Source of the DNA: Octopus bimaculoides
Taxonomy: Eukaryota
Direction of reading: 5' to 3'
Length of the DNA stretch: 39,145 bases
Assembly (NCBI RefSeq): GCF_001194135.2
Contig: NC_068984.1
Coordinates: 117,313,378-117,352,522, forward strand
Shown here: in pieces, positions 22,283 to 34,751 of the stretch
Layout: each line of letters opens with the position of its first letter
How positions within the stretch are numbered: position 1 is the stretch's first letter
Notes under the pieces: generated by a model
What the model was told of the DNA's origin: nothing
The model's input: the letters and a program-made list of their open reading frames with translations, nothing else
Databases searched by the model: none
Program-made: the position numbers and the translations under genes

Positions 22283-22716
22283 ATATATATATATATAAAA
22301 GGGACTTGTATGATAGTGTATAGAGGAATATATTATTCAAAGGAATTCCAAATCTGTCTGTTTTTTATGTTTTATTTATATTCTTAAAATATTNNNNNNN
22401 NNNNNNNNNNNNNNNNNNNNNNNNNNNNNNNNNNNNNNNNNNNNNNNNNNNNNNNNNNNNNNNNNNNNNNNNNNNNNNNNNNNNNNNNNNNNNNNNNNNN
22501 NNNNNNNNNNNNNNNNNNNNNNNNNNNNNNNNNNNNNNNNNNNNNNNNNNNNNNNNNNNNNNNNNNNNNNNNNNNNNNNNNNNNNNNNNNNNNNNNNNNN
22601 NNNNNNNNNNNNNNNNNNNNTATATATATATACACATTTATGCTTGTCATCTGCAAGGTAAGTCAACTTACATATTAATTTAATAGAGATTTAAATTGCA
22701 TTCACAGTGCTTTCAG

Positions 22717-22812
22717 GTAATTACATGTTCCCTGACACAAATTGCTCTTCATCCTGCATTAAGAAAAGTTCTTTTAAAGTCAACACAAAGGAATTGGGAC
22801 ACGTATCTCTCG
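22717..22812 (+). CDS. Candidate internal exon (VITCSLTQIALHPALRKVLLKSTQRNWDTYLS), product unknown
   Basis: Acceptor cacagtgctttcag, donor TCG|gtaaaa, 96 nt and open in phase 0. An open minus-strand frame competes. Confidence 0.25.
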
Positions 22813-23151
22813 GTAAAAATAAGTTCATTCCTTTGGTTTAGTTTTGAAAAAGTGTGACTAATAATATGAAGTTTCTCGGTGTGACTAATGCAACAGTAAG
22901 GTATTTCATCTGTGAATGATGGTATTATATCTAGTATTGATGAAATATATTATTACCAGTTCAAAGATGCTTGTGGTATGTTTGAACTTGTAAGAAAATC
23001 ATTCACTGTGTTTTGTCATGAACATTTCTTACTGTAGACAAATGGTGTAAAATTAGAACACAGCAAAATCAGCTGACAAAATGCAGTGAATGGCTTTCTT
23101 ATGAGTTTCAACGTGTCACAAGCATATTTGGACTGGTAATAACATTGCATG

Positions 23152-23525
23152 GTGGAGGCGCAATGGCCCAATGGTTAGGGCAGTGGACTCGCAGTCGTAG
23201 GATCACAGTTTCAATTCCCAGACCGGGCGTTGTGAGTGTTTATTGAGCAAAAACACCTAAATTTCCACTAGGTTCCAGCAGGGGATGGTGGCGAACCCTG
23301 CTGTACTCTTTCACCACAATTTTCTCTCACTCTTTGTTTTTGTTGTACCTGTATTTCAAAGGGCCAGCTTTGTCACACTCTGTGTCACGCTCAATCTCCC
23401 CGAGAACTACGTTAAGGGTACACGTGTCTGTGGAATGCTCAGCCACTTGCACGTTAATTTCACGAGCAGGCTGTTCCATTGATCGGATCAACAGCAACCC
23501 TCGTCGTCGTAACTGACAGAGTGCC
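23152..23525 (+). mobile_element. Full-length SINE family B with 11-bp TSD
   Basis: TSD aacattgcatg at 23141-23151 and 23526-23536. Confidence 0.92.
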
Positions 23526-24418
23526 AACATTGCATGAATACACATCACTGCTTAGTGTTCCCACCCTGTAATATCTAGTATTGTCCATATAATACCATTA
23601 GTTTCATTTCTATTTATTGATCTTCTAATATATTTAGAAAATCTTGTGATTTCCTTCAGGTTTCGGTGTTGAAATGAACAGTTGTACTGGAGCTGGTAGC
23701 TTTTGAATGATTAGCTCCTTAATAATAATACCTGTGATATATTGGTAGTGAAAACATTGCAAAAGTGCAGTGCAGTGAACAGATTTGAAACTGTTGCTTG
23801 TCATTTCTTCTCAATCTCCTGATATATACAGTCAACTAAAGAGCCAATTGAATGAAGCTATGTTTTAGGTATTATGTTATGTAATCTTCTTTACCTAACG
23901 TATTACAAATATATTGGGTTTCACACACTTTCAACAGTATAGGTACATTATTTTTGTATCATAATATAAACAAAAGAAATTATATATATATACACAGCCC
24001 ACTTTACAAACATACACACATATATAAATATATATGTACACATATATATATATATAAAAAGAAAGAGAGCAATTTATGGGTAGATCATTATGCATGTATG
24101 TGAGAATGCGTAAGGTATATGGATGTGTATGTGTGTGCGTGCGTGTGCATGTTGTTGCTGTTGTTGTTAGAACAAGTTAGTCTTGGTTGACTGTAATAGG
24201 TATTTATTGATCTCTCGTCCGGTCTGATAGCCACACAGCAACCCATGATTGTTGATACTGCAAGAAGTCATGATGACGATGATGATAGTATAAAATACAT
24301 GAGGTGGTGATGGTGGTGGTAGTGGTTGTAATAATGGAAATGATATGATGGAGATGTGAATATATATATATACACATATATGTACACACACACACGCACA
24401 CATATATNNNNNNNNNNT

Positions 24419-24470
<52 letters not shown>

Positions 24471-25630
24471 ACACACACACAGTCAGGCATACATACACAT
24501 ACACACATGCATGTGTCTATGAAATGAATATTATAACTACTGCTACTACATTTATTTGTGGTATATTTTATTTCTTATGTTCAAAAGATAACAAAAGAAT
24601 AAAGCCATCTTAAATATAACAACACAATCATTTATTTGTAAATTTAATTGCAGAACAATAATAACAAGGGAGAAAAATATGCAAGAAAAAAAAAAAACAC
24701 ATTTTTTTTCAGGCAGTATTTTTTTGTTGCTTTTGTTTTTCAGTAGTAAAATGTTAAGCATAAAATTCTCAGGAAATAGAAAAGAAAATTTGATACTTAA
24801 TAGTGAAATGAAGTTCTTACCAACAAATATTCATGTCTGTAGAAGAGGAGTATGTACAGTCAATAGACTTAATCTCAGTATATTACTGGTGCTTGTATTA
24901 TTTTATCAACCTTGTATAAATGATTGTTTGATACTGGCTCACCAATATTACACATTAAATACATCTGATGAGGCACGAAGCCGTTTCTTGTGGAGGAAGT
25001 TACAGTCAACTGAACCTCAGAGGCATGAAAGACAAAAATGAAACCTAGCTGGATTTGAACTCATAATATAGAAGAGAAGAGAAGGATAAAACAGAATACA
25101 ATGTGTTATTTAGTCAAAGACTTTTCTGTTTCTGCCAACTCACCACATCATTTCTCTTTTACCAATATATTTTCAAATGTCTAAACAGGAAAGTTATAGG
25201 TTATTGAATCAAAATTTCATATATATATATTACAGAATATAATATAATACATATATTTAGTATATATTACAGGCCCTTCACTGAATTTAGATGTGAAAGC
25301 AACATCAACTAACTGATATCAGTTATTCTTATATAAAAGGATGGAATACTTAGAGACATCATGCGTTGCCCATAGTGTTTCTTTGATTGAAAGGCAGACA
25401 CAAGTCCATGAGTTTTTGAAGAGGAGTATAGCATTCATATCAACACGTACAGTACTTAACAGGTTCTTATTTTATTGATGCCAGAAGGATGAAAGGCAAA
25501 ATCAATGCTAGCAGGGGGTCAATAAAATAACCCCTGTAAATAAACATTGGATATTATTATTATCATTATTATTATTATTATTTTTTTTTTTTGTTTTCTT
25601 CTTAAACAGTCCTGCAAATCCACTGCCTTC

Positions 25631-25839
25631 TTAATTCCAACTGACACTGTGCCTGCTGCTATGATAGAAACTTCCTGTCTTAAAGTGATCTAAAGTAAAA
25701 CCTATCAAAATTTCATGTTAATTTATCTTTCACCCACCAGCTTAATAATGGCAGAGTTATTTCAAAAAATTAGTTATTTCCAGAATTAATAGACTGGAGG
25801 CAGTGTATTTCAATAGAAATATGGAAATGGAAGAGTTAA
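25631..25839. mobile_element. TTAA-bounded MITE-like repeat, diverged
   Basis: ttaa...cttaaagtgatctaaagtaaaa...aaatttcatgttaattt...gcagtgtatttcaatagaaatat...aagagttaa; homologous to the outer parts of 28128-28740. Confidence 0.55.
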
Positions 25840-25944
25840 AATGAAATTAAATTCGTGAAGGGGGATCCAAACTGGACATTCAAACTGAGCTGACAACCTT
25901 ATTCATCAAGAGTTTGACTTCTCATCATTCTATATCCAATAAAT

Positions 25945-26330
25945 GGTTGGTTGGCACTCCGTCGGTTATGACGATGAGGGTTCCAGTTGATCCGATCAGC
26001 GGAACAGCCTGCTCGTGAAATTAACGTGCAAGTGGCTGAGCACTCCACAGACACGTGTACCCTTAACGTAGTTCTTGGAGATATTCAGCGTGACACAGTG
26101 TGACAAGGCTGGTCCTTTGAAATACAGGTACAACAGAAACAGGAAGTAAGAGTGAGAGAAAGTTGTGATGAAAGAGTACAGCAGGGTTTACCACCATCCC
26201 CTACCGGAGCCTCGTGGAGCTTTAGGTGTTTTCGCTCAATAAACACTCACAACACCTGGTCTGGGAATCGAAACCGCGAACCTATGACCGCGAATTCGCT
26301 ACCCTAACCACTGGGCCATTGCGCCTCCAC
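25945..26330 (-). mobile_element. Full-length SINE family B with 11-bp TSD
   Basis: TSD atccaataaat at 25934-25944 and 26331-26341. Confidence 0.92.
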
Positions 26331-26665
26331 ATCCAATAAATATATATATATCTAATACATACAAATGATGGAGCCTCTATGTGACAAAATTCACTATATG
26401 TGGATATGGAATTGGACTACCAACTTTATAGATCCTGAGTTCAATTCCATGACAGGCATTCTGTATTTCTTGTATATTTCTGCAGAATATTTAACATCTA
26501 CACATTTCAGTTCAACCCAGCTATCAAAGAACCAATAAAATAACACCTATGTGGTCATTCAACATGCTAGTAACAACAGCCAAATTTCATTCAAATCACT
26601 CACAAATGCAACCTTGAAAAAAATAGCCAATGAAAATTACAGATAGGATAACATATTCCCAGACA

Positions 26666-27052
26666 TAGTGTTGGCACTCCGTCGCTTACGACGTCGAGAG
26701 TTCCAGTTGATCCGGTCAACGGAACAGCCTGCTCATGAAATTAACGTGCAAGTGGCTGAGCACTCCACAGACACGTGTACCCTTAATGTAGTTCTCGGGG
26801 ATATTCAGCGTGACACAGTGTGACAAGGCTGGCCCTTTGAAATACACAGGCACAACAGAAACAGGAAGTAAGAGTGAGAGAAAGTTGTAGTGAAAGAGTA
26901 CAGCAGGGTTCGCCACCATCCCCTGCTGGAGCCTCGTGGAGCTTTAGGTGTTTTCGCTCAACAAACACTCACAAAGCTCGGTCTGGGAATTGAAACTGCG
27001 ATCCTATGACCGCGAGTCCGCTGCCCTAACCACTGGGCCATTGTGCCTCCAC
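26666..27052 (-). mobile_element. Full-length SINE family B with 9-bp TSD
   Basis: TSD tcccagaca at 26657-26665 and 27053-27061. Confidence 0.92.
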
Positions 27053-27657
27053 TCCCAGACACATATATATATATAAAAAATGAGTTAGTCAATGCTGGAA
27101 AATCTTTGATCATAATTCCGATCAATCAAAGCTGACCTGGAACTAACTATATAGACTACCTAATAAACATTAATATGATAGGAAATATCAATCCTGAGAA
27201 ATTACAACAAACAATTATACCTCACTCAGTTATTAATCAAGGTCTAAAGTTATGATAGTAGTAGTAGTAGTAGTAGTAATAATAATTTGTAGTAGTAGTA
27301 GTTTGTTCCATAATAGTATATACTGTGTACAAGCTGCGCAGAACATTATAGTCGAATAAATTTGAATACTGTTTCATAATATTGATTGATTTCTTTTTAT
27401 TTTGTTAATTTTTATGTTAGTCATAAGGCCACAGATGTGGAGGGGGAGGGAGAGGGAGAAGTCCTCCCCAGTTTAATACTTATTTTGTCAACTCTGGAAT
27501 GATAAAAAAAAAAAAAAGTCAATAGNNNNNNNNNNNNNNNNNNNNNNNNNNNNNNNNNNNNNNNNNNNNNNNNNNNNNNNNNNNNNNNNNNNNNNNNNNN
27601 NNNNNNNNNNNNNNNNNNNNNNNNNNNNNNNNNNNNNNNNNNNNNNNNNNNNNNNNN

Positions 27658-27689
<32 letters not shown>

Positions 27690-28127
27690 CTTATAATTAT
27701 AGGCACAGGTATGACTGTGTGGTTAGAAATGTGATTTCTAATTTTGACACAGGGTCAGCAGTTTCAGAGGAGTACTGGGGTCACTTACAACCCCCTTAAC
27801 CACACAACCATGCCTGAGCCTTCTTAACCACATAATATTTGGAAGTCAGGGACTGAGAGATAAAACATAGAGTGAAGAGATAACTCCAGATAAATGGAAA
27901 TCTGGGGGAAAAAATAATTGGGAAAATGTTTAATAAGATGTCTTGGGGATGAGACAACCAACGTGGCTAATGAGAAGTGGGTGAGACAAATGGATTTAGA
28001 TGAAGGTGGTATTAGTTAGCAAATTCAGAGGAGCAGAGACCTTTGTGAACTCAGACTACAAGTTGGCAGTTTAATCAATACTCCATCCAAATAGCCATTT
28101 CATGTCTAATAAACAAATATTGTTTGC

Positions 28128-28740
28128 TTAATCCTTCTCCTGTCAACTCACCTGAGATTGCCTCTGATTCTAGAATACAAATTTTCTGTTTTAAAGTGAT
28201 TGAAATTAAAATTTATGAATTTGCTTTGCAAGATTCCTGATGTGAAATCATGTATTGAAACAAATATTGTTATATTTCGGAACAGTTATTTTTTATTTTT
28301 TATTTTTTGCCAAATAAACACACACACTATATATCTGCTCTTCATTTGTTTATTCTTATTTTATTGCAAGTCCATTCTCTGGAAATCTTTCATCACACAT
28401 CTGTGACCTCTTCAGCGACTCTTCCAAAAGGAAATACGTGGATAGAAGAGGTACTGAAGAGGTTACAGATGTGTTATGAAAGTTTTCCAGACAATGGACA
28501 TAAGATAAAATAAGAACAATAATAAATGAGTGAAGAACAAATATACAGGGTGTGTGTTTATTTGGTAAAAAAAAGACCACCCCAAAATTAAAATCTTCCA
28601 TCAAAATCTTGTGTCAGTTTGTTTCAAAGAATAACCTAAAAATGAGAAAGTCATTTTACTAAATTTTTCATTATTTTCAAAATTTATTGAAGTAAATGCA
28701 AGTGTATTTTAACAGAAATATATAGTAATAAAAGTGTTAA
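28128..28740. mobile_element. TTAA-bounded MITE-like repeat containing a nested fold-back insert
   Basis: Outer parts homologous to 25631-25839; insert 28212-28584 is flanked by aaattaaaa on both sides. Confidence 0.55.
28303..28572. repeat. Diverged palindrome (~125-bp arms, 20-nt loop)
   Basis: Arms about 28303-28424 and 28445-28572; the + and - ORFs here give near-identical peptides (PNKHT...HTSVTSS / PNKHT...NTSVTSS). Confidence 0.85.
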
Positions 28741-29568
28741 GAAGATTCTCAGACTTTGACCAAGGATTATCATTGTAAAGAATAATACATATATTAAAGA
28801 AATTTAAAGAAAAATAACCATTAGTCTTCATAATTCCAAATCATATCACTACATTAAAAAAAAGAAGTCTAGGAAAGAGGTAGAATTTGATATCCTTTGA
28901 CTATACATAATGGCAAGTCAGTAGGACTGATCCCAGTATATTACTGGTAAATCTTTGTTTTGACTGAACATGGAAGACCAAATGGCTAAGTCAACTTTGA
29001 TAGTACTTAGAAGACAAAAACTAAATACTGTACAACATAAAAAAAAAACAGAATTGATCTGGTGTGCTGCATTTTCTGCAAATGGTCTATCCTTAATGTG
29101 ACATATATTATGAAATAAATAACGGCATATTATATTTTAAAATAAATAATAGAGTAACAGTTTTTTAAGATAATTCATCATACAATAACTCATTTTACAG
29201 ATATGTGTGTGTGTGTATGTGTGTGTGTGTGTGTGCATGTATATTTTATGATTTTGCTTAGGTATAACACTACTACTAATCAGTTGTTAGAACTGAATAA
29301 ACTTATGCTTTAGAGTAAACCATCAGGTGAGTACAGAGCATAATATCAATAAATGACAAAAGAACAGAAGTGCATAATCACTTTCATTAGCTTACAGCTG
29401 TTTCTGCTACAAGAAGTTCGGACTCAGAGTTGTGTGCTTGTGAGACATTTTGTAGCTTCCTCAGAGCCATTTGTGATTCATATATCCTATACACACACAC
29501 ATATATATATACAAATGTATTTATGTATATGCATGTATAATGTGATAGTGTGTAAAATAGTATTGCAG

Positions 29569-29618
29569 TGGATGATGGATTTTCCAAAGTTATTGATAGT
29601 TACTCAAACACAGAGGAT
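29569..29618 (+). CDS. Candidate 50-nt exon (DDGFSKVIDSYSNTED), product unknown
   Basis: Acceptor tattgcag, donor GAT|gtaagt; phase-compatible with candidate exon 29398-29439. Confidence 0.3.
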
Positions 29619-29823
29619 GTAAGTCCACCTGTCTTTCTGCTTAACCCCTGCCATCTCAGTTCTGAAGGACCCTGTCTGAAACATTGGAAAGTTCATGCCC
29701 ATGGCAATATTATTTTACTCTTTCTGTCACTCTCACTTTTTGAAAATAATACAAGTGTTCCTGAGACAGACCATCACTAGTCTCCTTGGATTTTGTCTTA
29801 TCTATCTAAGTTTCTCCCTCTCT

Positions 29824-29857
<34 letters not shown>

Positions 29858-30179
29858 NNNNNNNNNNNNNNNNNNNNNNNNNNNNNNNNNNNNNNNNNNN
29901 NNNNNNNNNNNNNNNNNNNNNNNNNNNNNNNNNNNNNNNNNNNNNNNNNNNNNNNNNNNNNNNNNNNNNNNNNNNNNNNNNNNNNNNNNNNNNNNNNNNN
30001 NNNNNNNNNNNNNNNNNNNNNNNNNNNNNNNNNNNNTATACATAATGCTTTTTTCTAGGCCTGCAACCACCTATATTATTGTTGTTATTATCAAGTATTT
30101 ATATTACTGCTGATAATAATAACAATAATAATATCCATATAAATATTACCTTCTGAATATCTACTCCTTATATATATAA

Positions 30180-30229
<50 letters not shown>

Positions 30230-30675
30230 CTATTAGCATCAAGTTCCTCATGCGTGTCCTCTTGTCTGTTAATCTTATTATGTTTATTTGAATCGACTAT
30301 ATATTTCTATATACATATACATACATACACACACACATATACACATACATACATTACATAGCTAGCTAGCTAGCTAGATAGATAGATAGATAGACATACA
30401 TACATACAGACAGACAGACAGATACATACATACATACATGTTCGTATGAATGTATGTTTGTATAAGTGGTAATGGATGCATCAGTATGTGACAAATTTAC
30501 CGTTTGTTTGGGTTGTGGTTCTTAATGGTAATCATATTAAACTCCTTTGGTTGTTTTAATCCCATAGAGTGCTATGCAGATTGAGAAGGTCAATAATGTA
30601 ATATAAAGAGCTCATCCATAATGGTGCGAAAAAAAATCATGGCATGAACTTGATAATCCTTCATTTTGTCTCTTC

Positions 30676-30827
30676 CATATGTCTCTGTATTCTGTAACTA
30701 ATTAATTAATGATGTCACACTATAAATGCAATCCACGTGATTATTTATACTGCACTTAAAAGTTACATGTATGAATTGCTGTTATAGTGTGACATCATTA
30801 ATTAATTACCAAATACAGAAGCATATG
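30676..30827. repeat. Palindrome (~55-bp arms, ~42-nt spacer), MITE-like
   Basis: catatg..ctgtatt..taattaattaatgatgtcacactataa..gcaat versus attgc..ttatagtgtgacatcattaattaatta..aatacag..catatg. Confidence 0.85.
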
Positions 30828-31145
30828 AAATAAAGAATATTAAACTCATGCTCATGTTTTCTCATCATATATATATATATATAATTTCATTAAGGTGTTA
30901 ACCATGAAGTTCACCCTATCAAGCTCATCCATGGGTACAAGCTATCAGGCAGATAGTAATCCAGAAATAACTTTTATGCATGATCCCAAAGTCGAATTTT
31001 GATTTGTGTCAATGACACCTGATGAGTCGATGATTGTATATATTATTGTACAATACAGCAATATTCATGAGATTGATTTCCAATGAGACAATTGTAAATT
31101 AATGATATGAAAGGACTGGCTCATTCCATTCTCCTTAGTGATAAG

Positions 31146-31198
<53 letters not shown>

Positions 31199-31937
31199 CT
31201 GTTGTGATATATGTATATGTATATATACACACATATATACATACATAAATAATATTGAATATTGGTGGATAAAGATTCTTTATTGGTGAATTAAGGCTAC
31301 CATTGGTTTCATGTTAAGGAGGTCCTCAACAATTTGATTATTTAATCCAAAATAGAGAAAAAAACTGATGTTCCATGTGAAAGGCATGAACACNNNNNNN
31401 NNNNNNNNNNNNNNNNNNNNNNNNNNNNNNNNNNNNNNNNNNNNNNNNNNNNNNNNNNNNNNNNNNNNNNNNNNNNNNNNNNNNNNNNNNNNNNNNNNNN
31501 NNNNNNNNNNNNNNNNNNNNNNNNNNNNNNNNNNNNNNNNNNNNNNNNNNNNNNNNNNNNNNNNNNNNNNNNNNNNNNNNNNNNNNNNNNNNNNNNNNNN
31601 NNNNNNNNNNNNNNNNNNNNNNNNNNNNNNNNNNNNNNNNNNNNNNNNNNNNNNNNNNNNNNNNNNNNNNNNNNNNNNNNNNNNAAATAAATAAACGTCA
31701 TTTGCTTAATGCATTAATAGATCAATTGTGGAGGCATGACCCAGTTAATTTATTTTTTTATTTTTTATCAACTAATGCCAGTATAGCAAAGAGGCAAAGT
31801 CACCATTATTATCATACTGCTTCCTTCTAGTTCATGCTTGAGTAGTTACTGATAGAAAAAATAGAACAGACAAACAATAAATGATAATAATAATAATGAT
31901 AATGATAATAATGATAATAATAATAATAATAATAATA

Positions 31938-32155
31938 ATCCTTTCTACTGGAAGCACAACACCTCAAATTTGGGGGAAGTGATTAAGTCGATTACATTGA
32001 CCCTTTTATTCAAATGGTACTTATTTTACTGACCCCAAAAGAATGAAAGGCAAAGTCGACCTCAGCAGAATTTGAACTCAGAATGGAATGACAGGCAAAA
32101 CACTGCTAAGCATTTCGTCCAGTGTGCTAACAATTTTGCCAGCTTGCTGCCTTAA
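31938..32155 (-). mobile_element. SINE family C within (TAA)n
   Basis: C-family core; flanked on both sides by TAA-type repeats. Confidence 0.85.
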
Positions 32156-32169
32156 TAACAATAATGATA

Positions 32170-32240
<71 letters not shown>

Positions 32241-32883
32241 GACAACAAAAATGATAAAGTTACAATTTGTTCACACATTCTAATATTCCGCACAGTAATG
32301 CTTTGTATTTGCAGAATCTTCCAACCTGTATGTATGTTTGTGTGAGTGTATAATTAAATTTAAATTAAATTAGTCGACTGTAGATAAAGCCCACTTTTAG
32401 AAAGAAAGAAAGAAGGGAAAGAGAGACAGAGACAATGAAATAAATAAAAGCAGTAAATATGAAAAGAAATTAATTAAAACTATATATACCAACAAAACGT
32501 AACCCGAAAAATTTGATATAAAATGGAATTGACAAAAGAATGCATTAAAAGAATGATATAGAAGCGTAAAAGAGGAAGAGAGGGAGAGAGAGAGAAAGAA
32601 ATATTTTCACTGATTGCGAGTGAATGAGACAATAGCAACAACAGCATCATCATCATCATCATCATCATCATTATCAAGAACAACATGAGGCACAAAAGGA
32701 CCGTTTCTTATTTAGGGAACTTAGTGAAATAAAGAGGGAAGAGAGGAGAAACCATAACTTATAAAGTTCAAATCAACTCACATATATATAATTGGCAAGT
32801 CATTCATCATTTTCATTTAACGTCCGCTTTCCATGCTAGCATGGGTTGGCATTATTTTTACATTATTTTATTTAGTCATTTAT

Positions 32884-32929
<46 letters not shown>

Positions 32930-33150
32930 TAAGGCAGCAGGCTGGCAGAAACATTAGCATGCTGGACAAAATGCTTAGTGACACTTCTTCGTCTGCATTC
33001 TTAGTCGAAATTCCACCAAGGTCAACGTTGCCTTCTATTTTTTGTGGGGTGGGGGTGGGGGCAATAAAATAAGTACCAGTCAAGTACTGGGGTTGATATA
33101 ATTAACATCCCCTCAAAAACTGGTGGTGCTGTGACAAAATTTGAAACCAT
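32930..33150 (+). mobile_element. SINE family C following (ATT)n
   Basis: aaggcagcaggctggcagaaacattagc...aataaaataagtaccagtc...caaaatttgaaacc. Confidence 0.8.
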
Positions 33151-33239
33151 AATCAATTATAATTATTATCATTTTCTTTTTTGTTATAGTTTCTGAAAGT
33201 TTTTGGACTTTAGCAGTGTTCCATCCTGAGAACAGTAAC

Positions 33240-33550
33240 ATCAGCAGAATTTGAACTTAGAACATAAAGATAAATGAAATACCACTAAGAATTTCATCCA
33301 GTGTGATAACGATTCTGTCAGTTTGTGCCTTAATGATAATGATAATAATAATAATAATGATTATAATAACAGTAGTAGTTAATTCTAACATAGGCACAAG
33401 GCCTAAAATTTTTGAGGGATATGGTTAGGTGATACTATCAACTCCCGTACTTAACTGGTACTTTATTTTATCAACCATGAGAGGATGAAAGGTAAAGTTG
33501 ACCTCAGTGTGATTTGAACTCAGACAGTTAAGAGCTACAGCTAAATACCA
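33240..33550 (-). mobile_element. Two diverged SINE family C fragments separated by (TAA)n
   Basis: gcagaatttgaacttagaac..tgtgccttaa (about 33240-33330) and taggcacaaggcc..gatgaaaggtaaagttgacctc (about 33385-33550). Confidence 0.7.
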
Positions 33551-33591
33551 ATACACTTCCCATATAATAATAATAATAATAATAATGATAC

Positions 33592-34137
33592 AGTACTAGG
33601 CAGTGGCTCTCATGGCTTCTGATCTTAATTAATTGGAAGTGTTATCATGTACATTGTTTTATCTTGGTATAAAACATGGATTACAGTAAATATTCTGCTC
33701 AGTACCACAGATTTGCTTGTCAGTTGTTTGACCTCAACCAGTTGAGCATGTCCCTTGGTGGATGACGATATGTGCATCTCTGATCACGAGCAGAAGTATA
33801 GGGGGAGCATCATAGCCATGTGTTGAGAGGAATTCTTTGGGGTTTGAATAATTCACCTTTGGAAACATGGGTGTTTTGCTCAACATCCTTAAACAAACCT
33901 CATTCAGGGACCTTTTGAACGGGATGGGCTATTCGACCTCAAGAAAATTCTAACTAGGCCCCACCTGCGAGGTCATGCGCTGTTTATCTTGATATGAGAT
34001 CACCATGTCGCGCACATATGGTCGTGATGCATGTGCCTGGTGTACCCTTATCAGATGGGTAGTCATGATGGGTATAATGGGCTTCGTATATTTGTACCCC
34101 TGTGTCACTTTGATGACATGCACTGCTCTCTCACTCA
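33592..34137 (+). mobile_element. Interspersed repeat family F, longer copy (~545 bp) with (TAA)n tail
   Basis: Matches 7995-8452 in the opposite orientation; (TAA)n on both sides; no ORF or TIR. Confidence 0.85.
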
Positions 34138-34155
34138 ATGATAATAATAATAATG

Positions 34156-34199
<44 letters not shown>

Positions 34200-34200
<1 letters not shown>

Positions 34201-34418
34201 TTGGTTTCAAATTTTGGCACAAAGCCAGCAATTTTAAGGATGTGGGCAAGTTGATTCCATTAATCCCAGTATTCAACTGGTACTTATTTCATTGACCCCT
34301 GAAGGATGAAAGGTAAAGTCGACCCCTGCAGAATTTGAACTTCAGAATGTAGAGATGGATGAAATGCCACTAAGTGTTTTGCCTGGTAATGCTACCAATT
34401 CTGCCAGCTCACTGCTTT
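34200..34418 (-). mobile_element. SINE family C within (TAA)n
   Basis: ttggtttcaaattttggcacaaagccagc...gaaggatgaaaggtaaagtcgacc...ctgccagctcactgc. Confidence 0.85.
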
Positions 34419-34751
34419 TATAATAATAGTAACAATAACAATAATAATAATCTTTTCTTGGAGTTAGATCTTAAAGTACATATAAAGTATATAAATGTTG
34501 GGTTGACAAACCCTTTAGGATAGAAAAAAAATTAGGTAACATTCAATATTTTCAGTCCAAAAGGATTTTTCAACCCAATATTTACATGCTATTATTTAAA
34601 GCTTTATGTGCTTTGAGATCCAATTCCAAGAAAGAATTATTCCATACTCTCTTGAAAGTTAATAAATTCTTATGTCAACAACATAACAACAACAATAATA
34701 ATAATGATAATAATAATAATAATGATAATAATAATAATAATAATAATAATA

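Noticed and set aside
23152-23230. Functional tRNA-Arg gene (and similar heads of SINE A and B copies)
   Set aside because: The tRNA-like part runs directly into SINE body sequence and is bounded by TSDs; stems are degenerate.
24679-25041. 120-aa ORF
   Set aside because: Begins in poly-A/poly-T tracts and its 3' half is decayed SINE-C sequence; no recognisable domain.
25607-25695. Strong acceptor followed by SCKSTAFLIPTDTVPAAMIETSCLK
   Set aside because: Most of the segment lies within the TTAA-bounded repeat and the polypyrimidine tract is a poly-T microsatellite tail.
27701-27821. 25-bp inverted repeat flanking about 70 bp
   Set aside because: Arms are short, mismatched and resemble decayed SINE-A head sequence; too weak to call an element.
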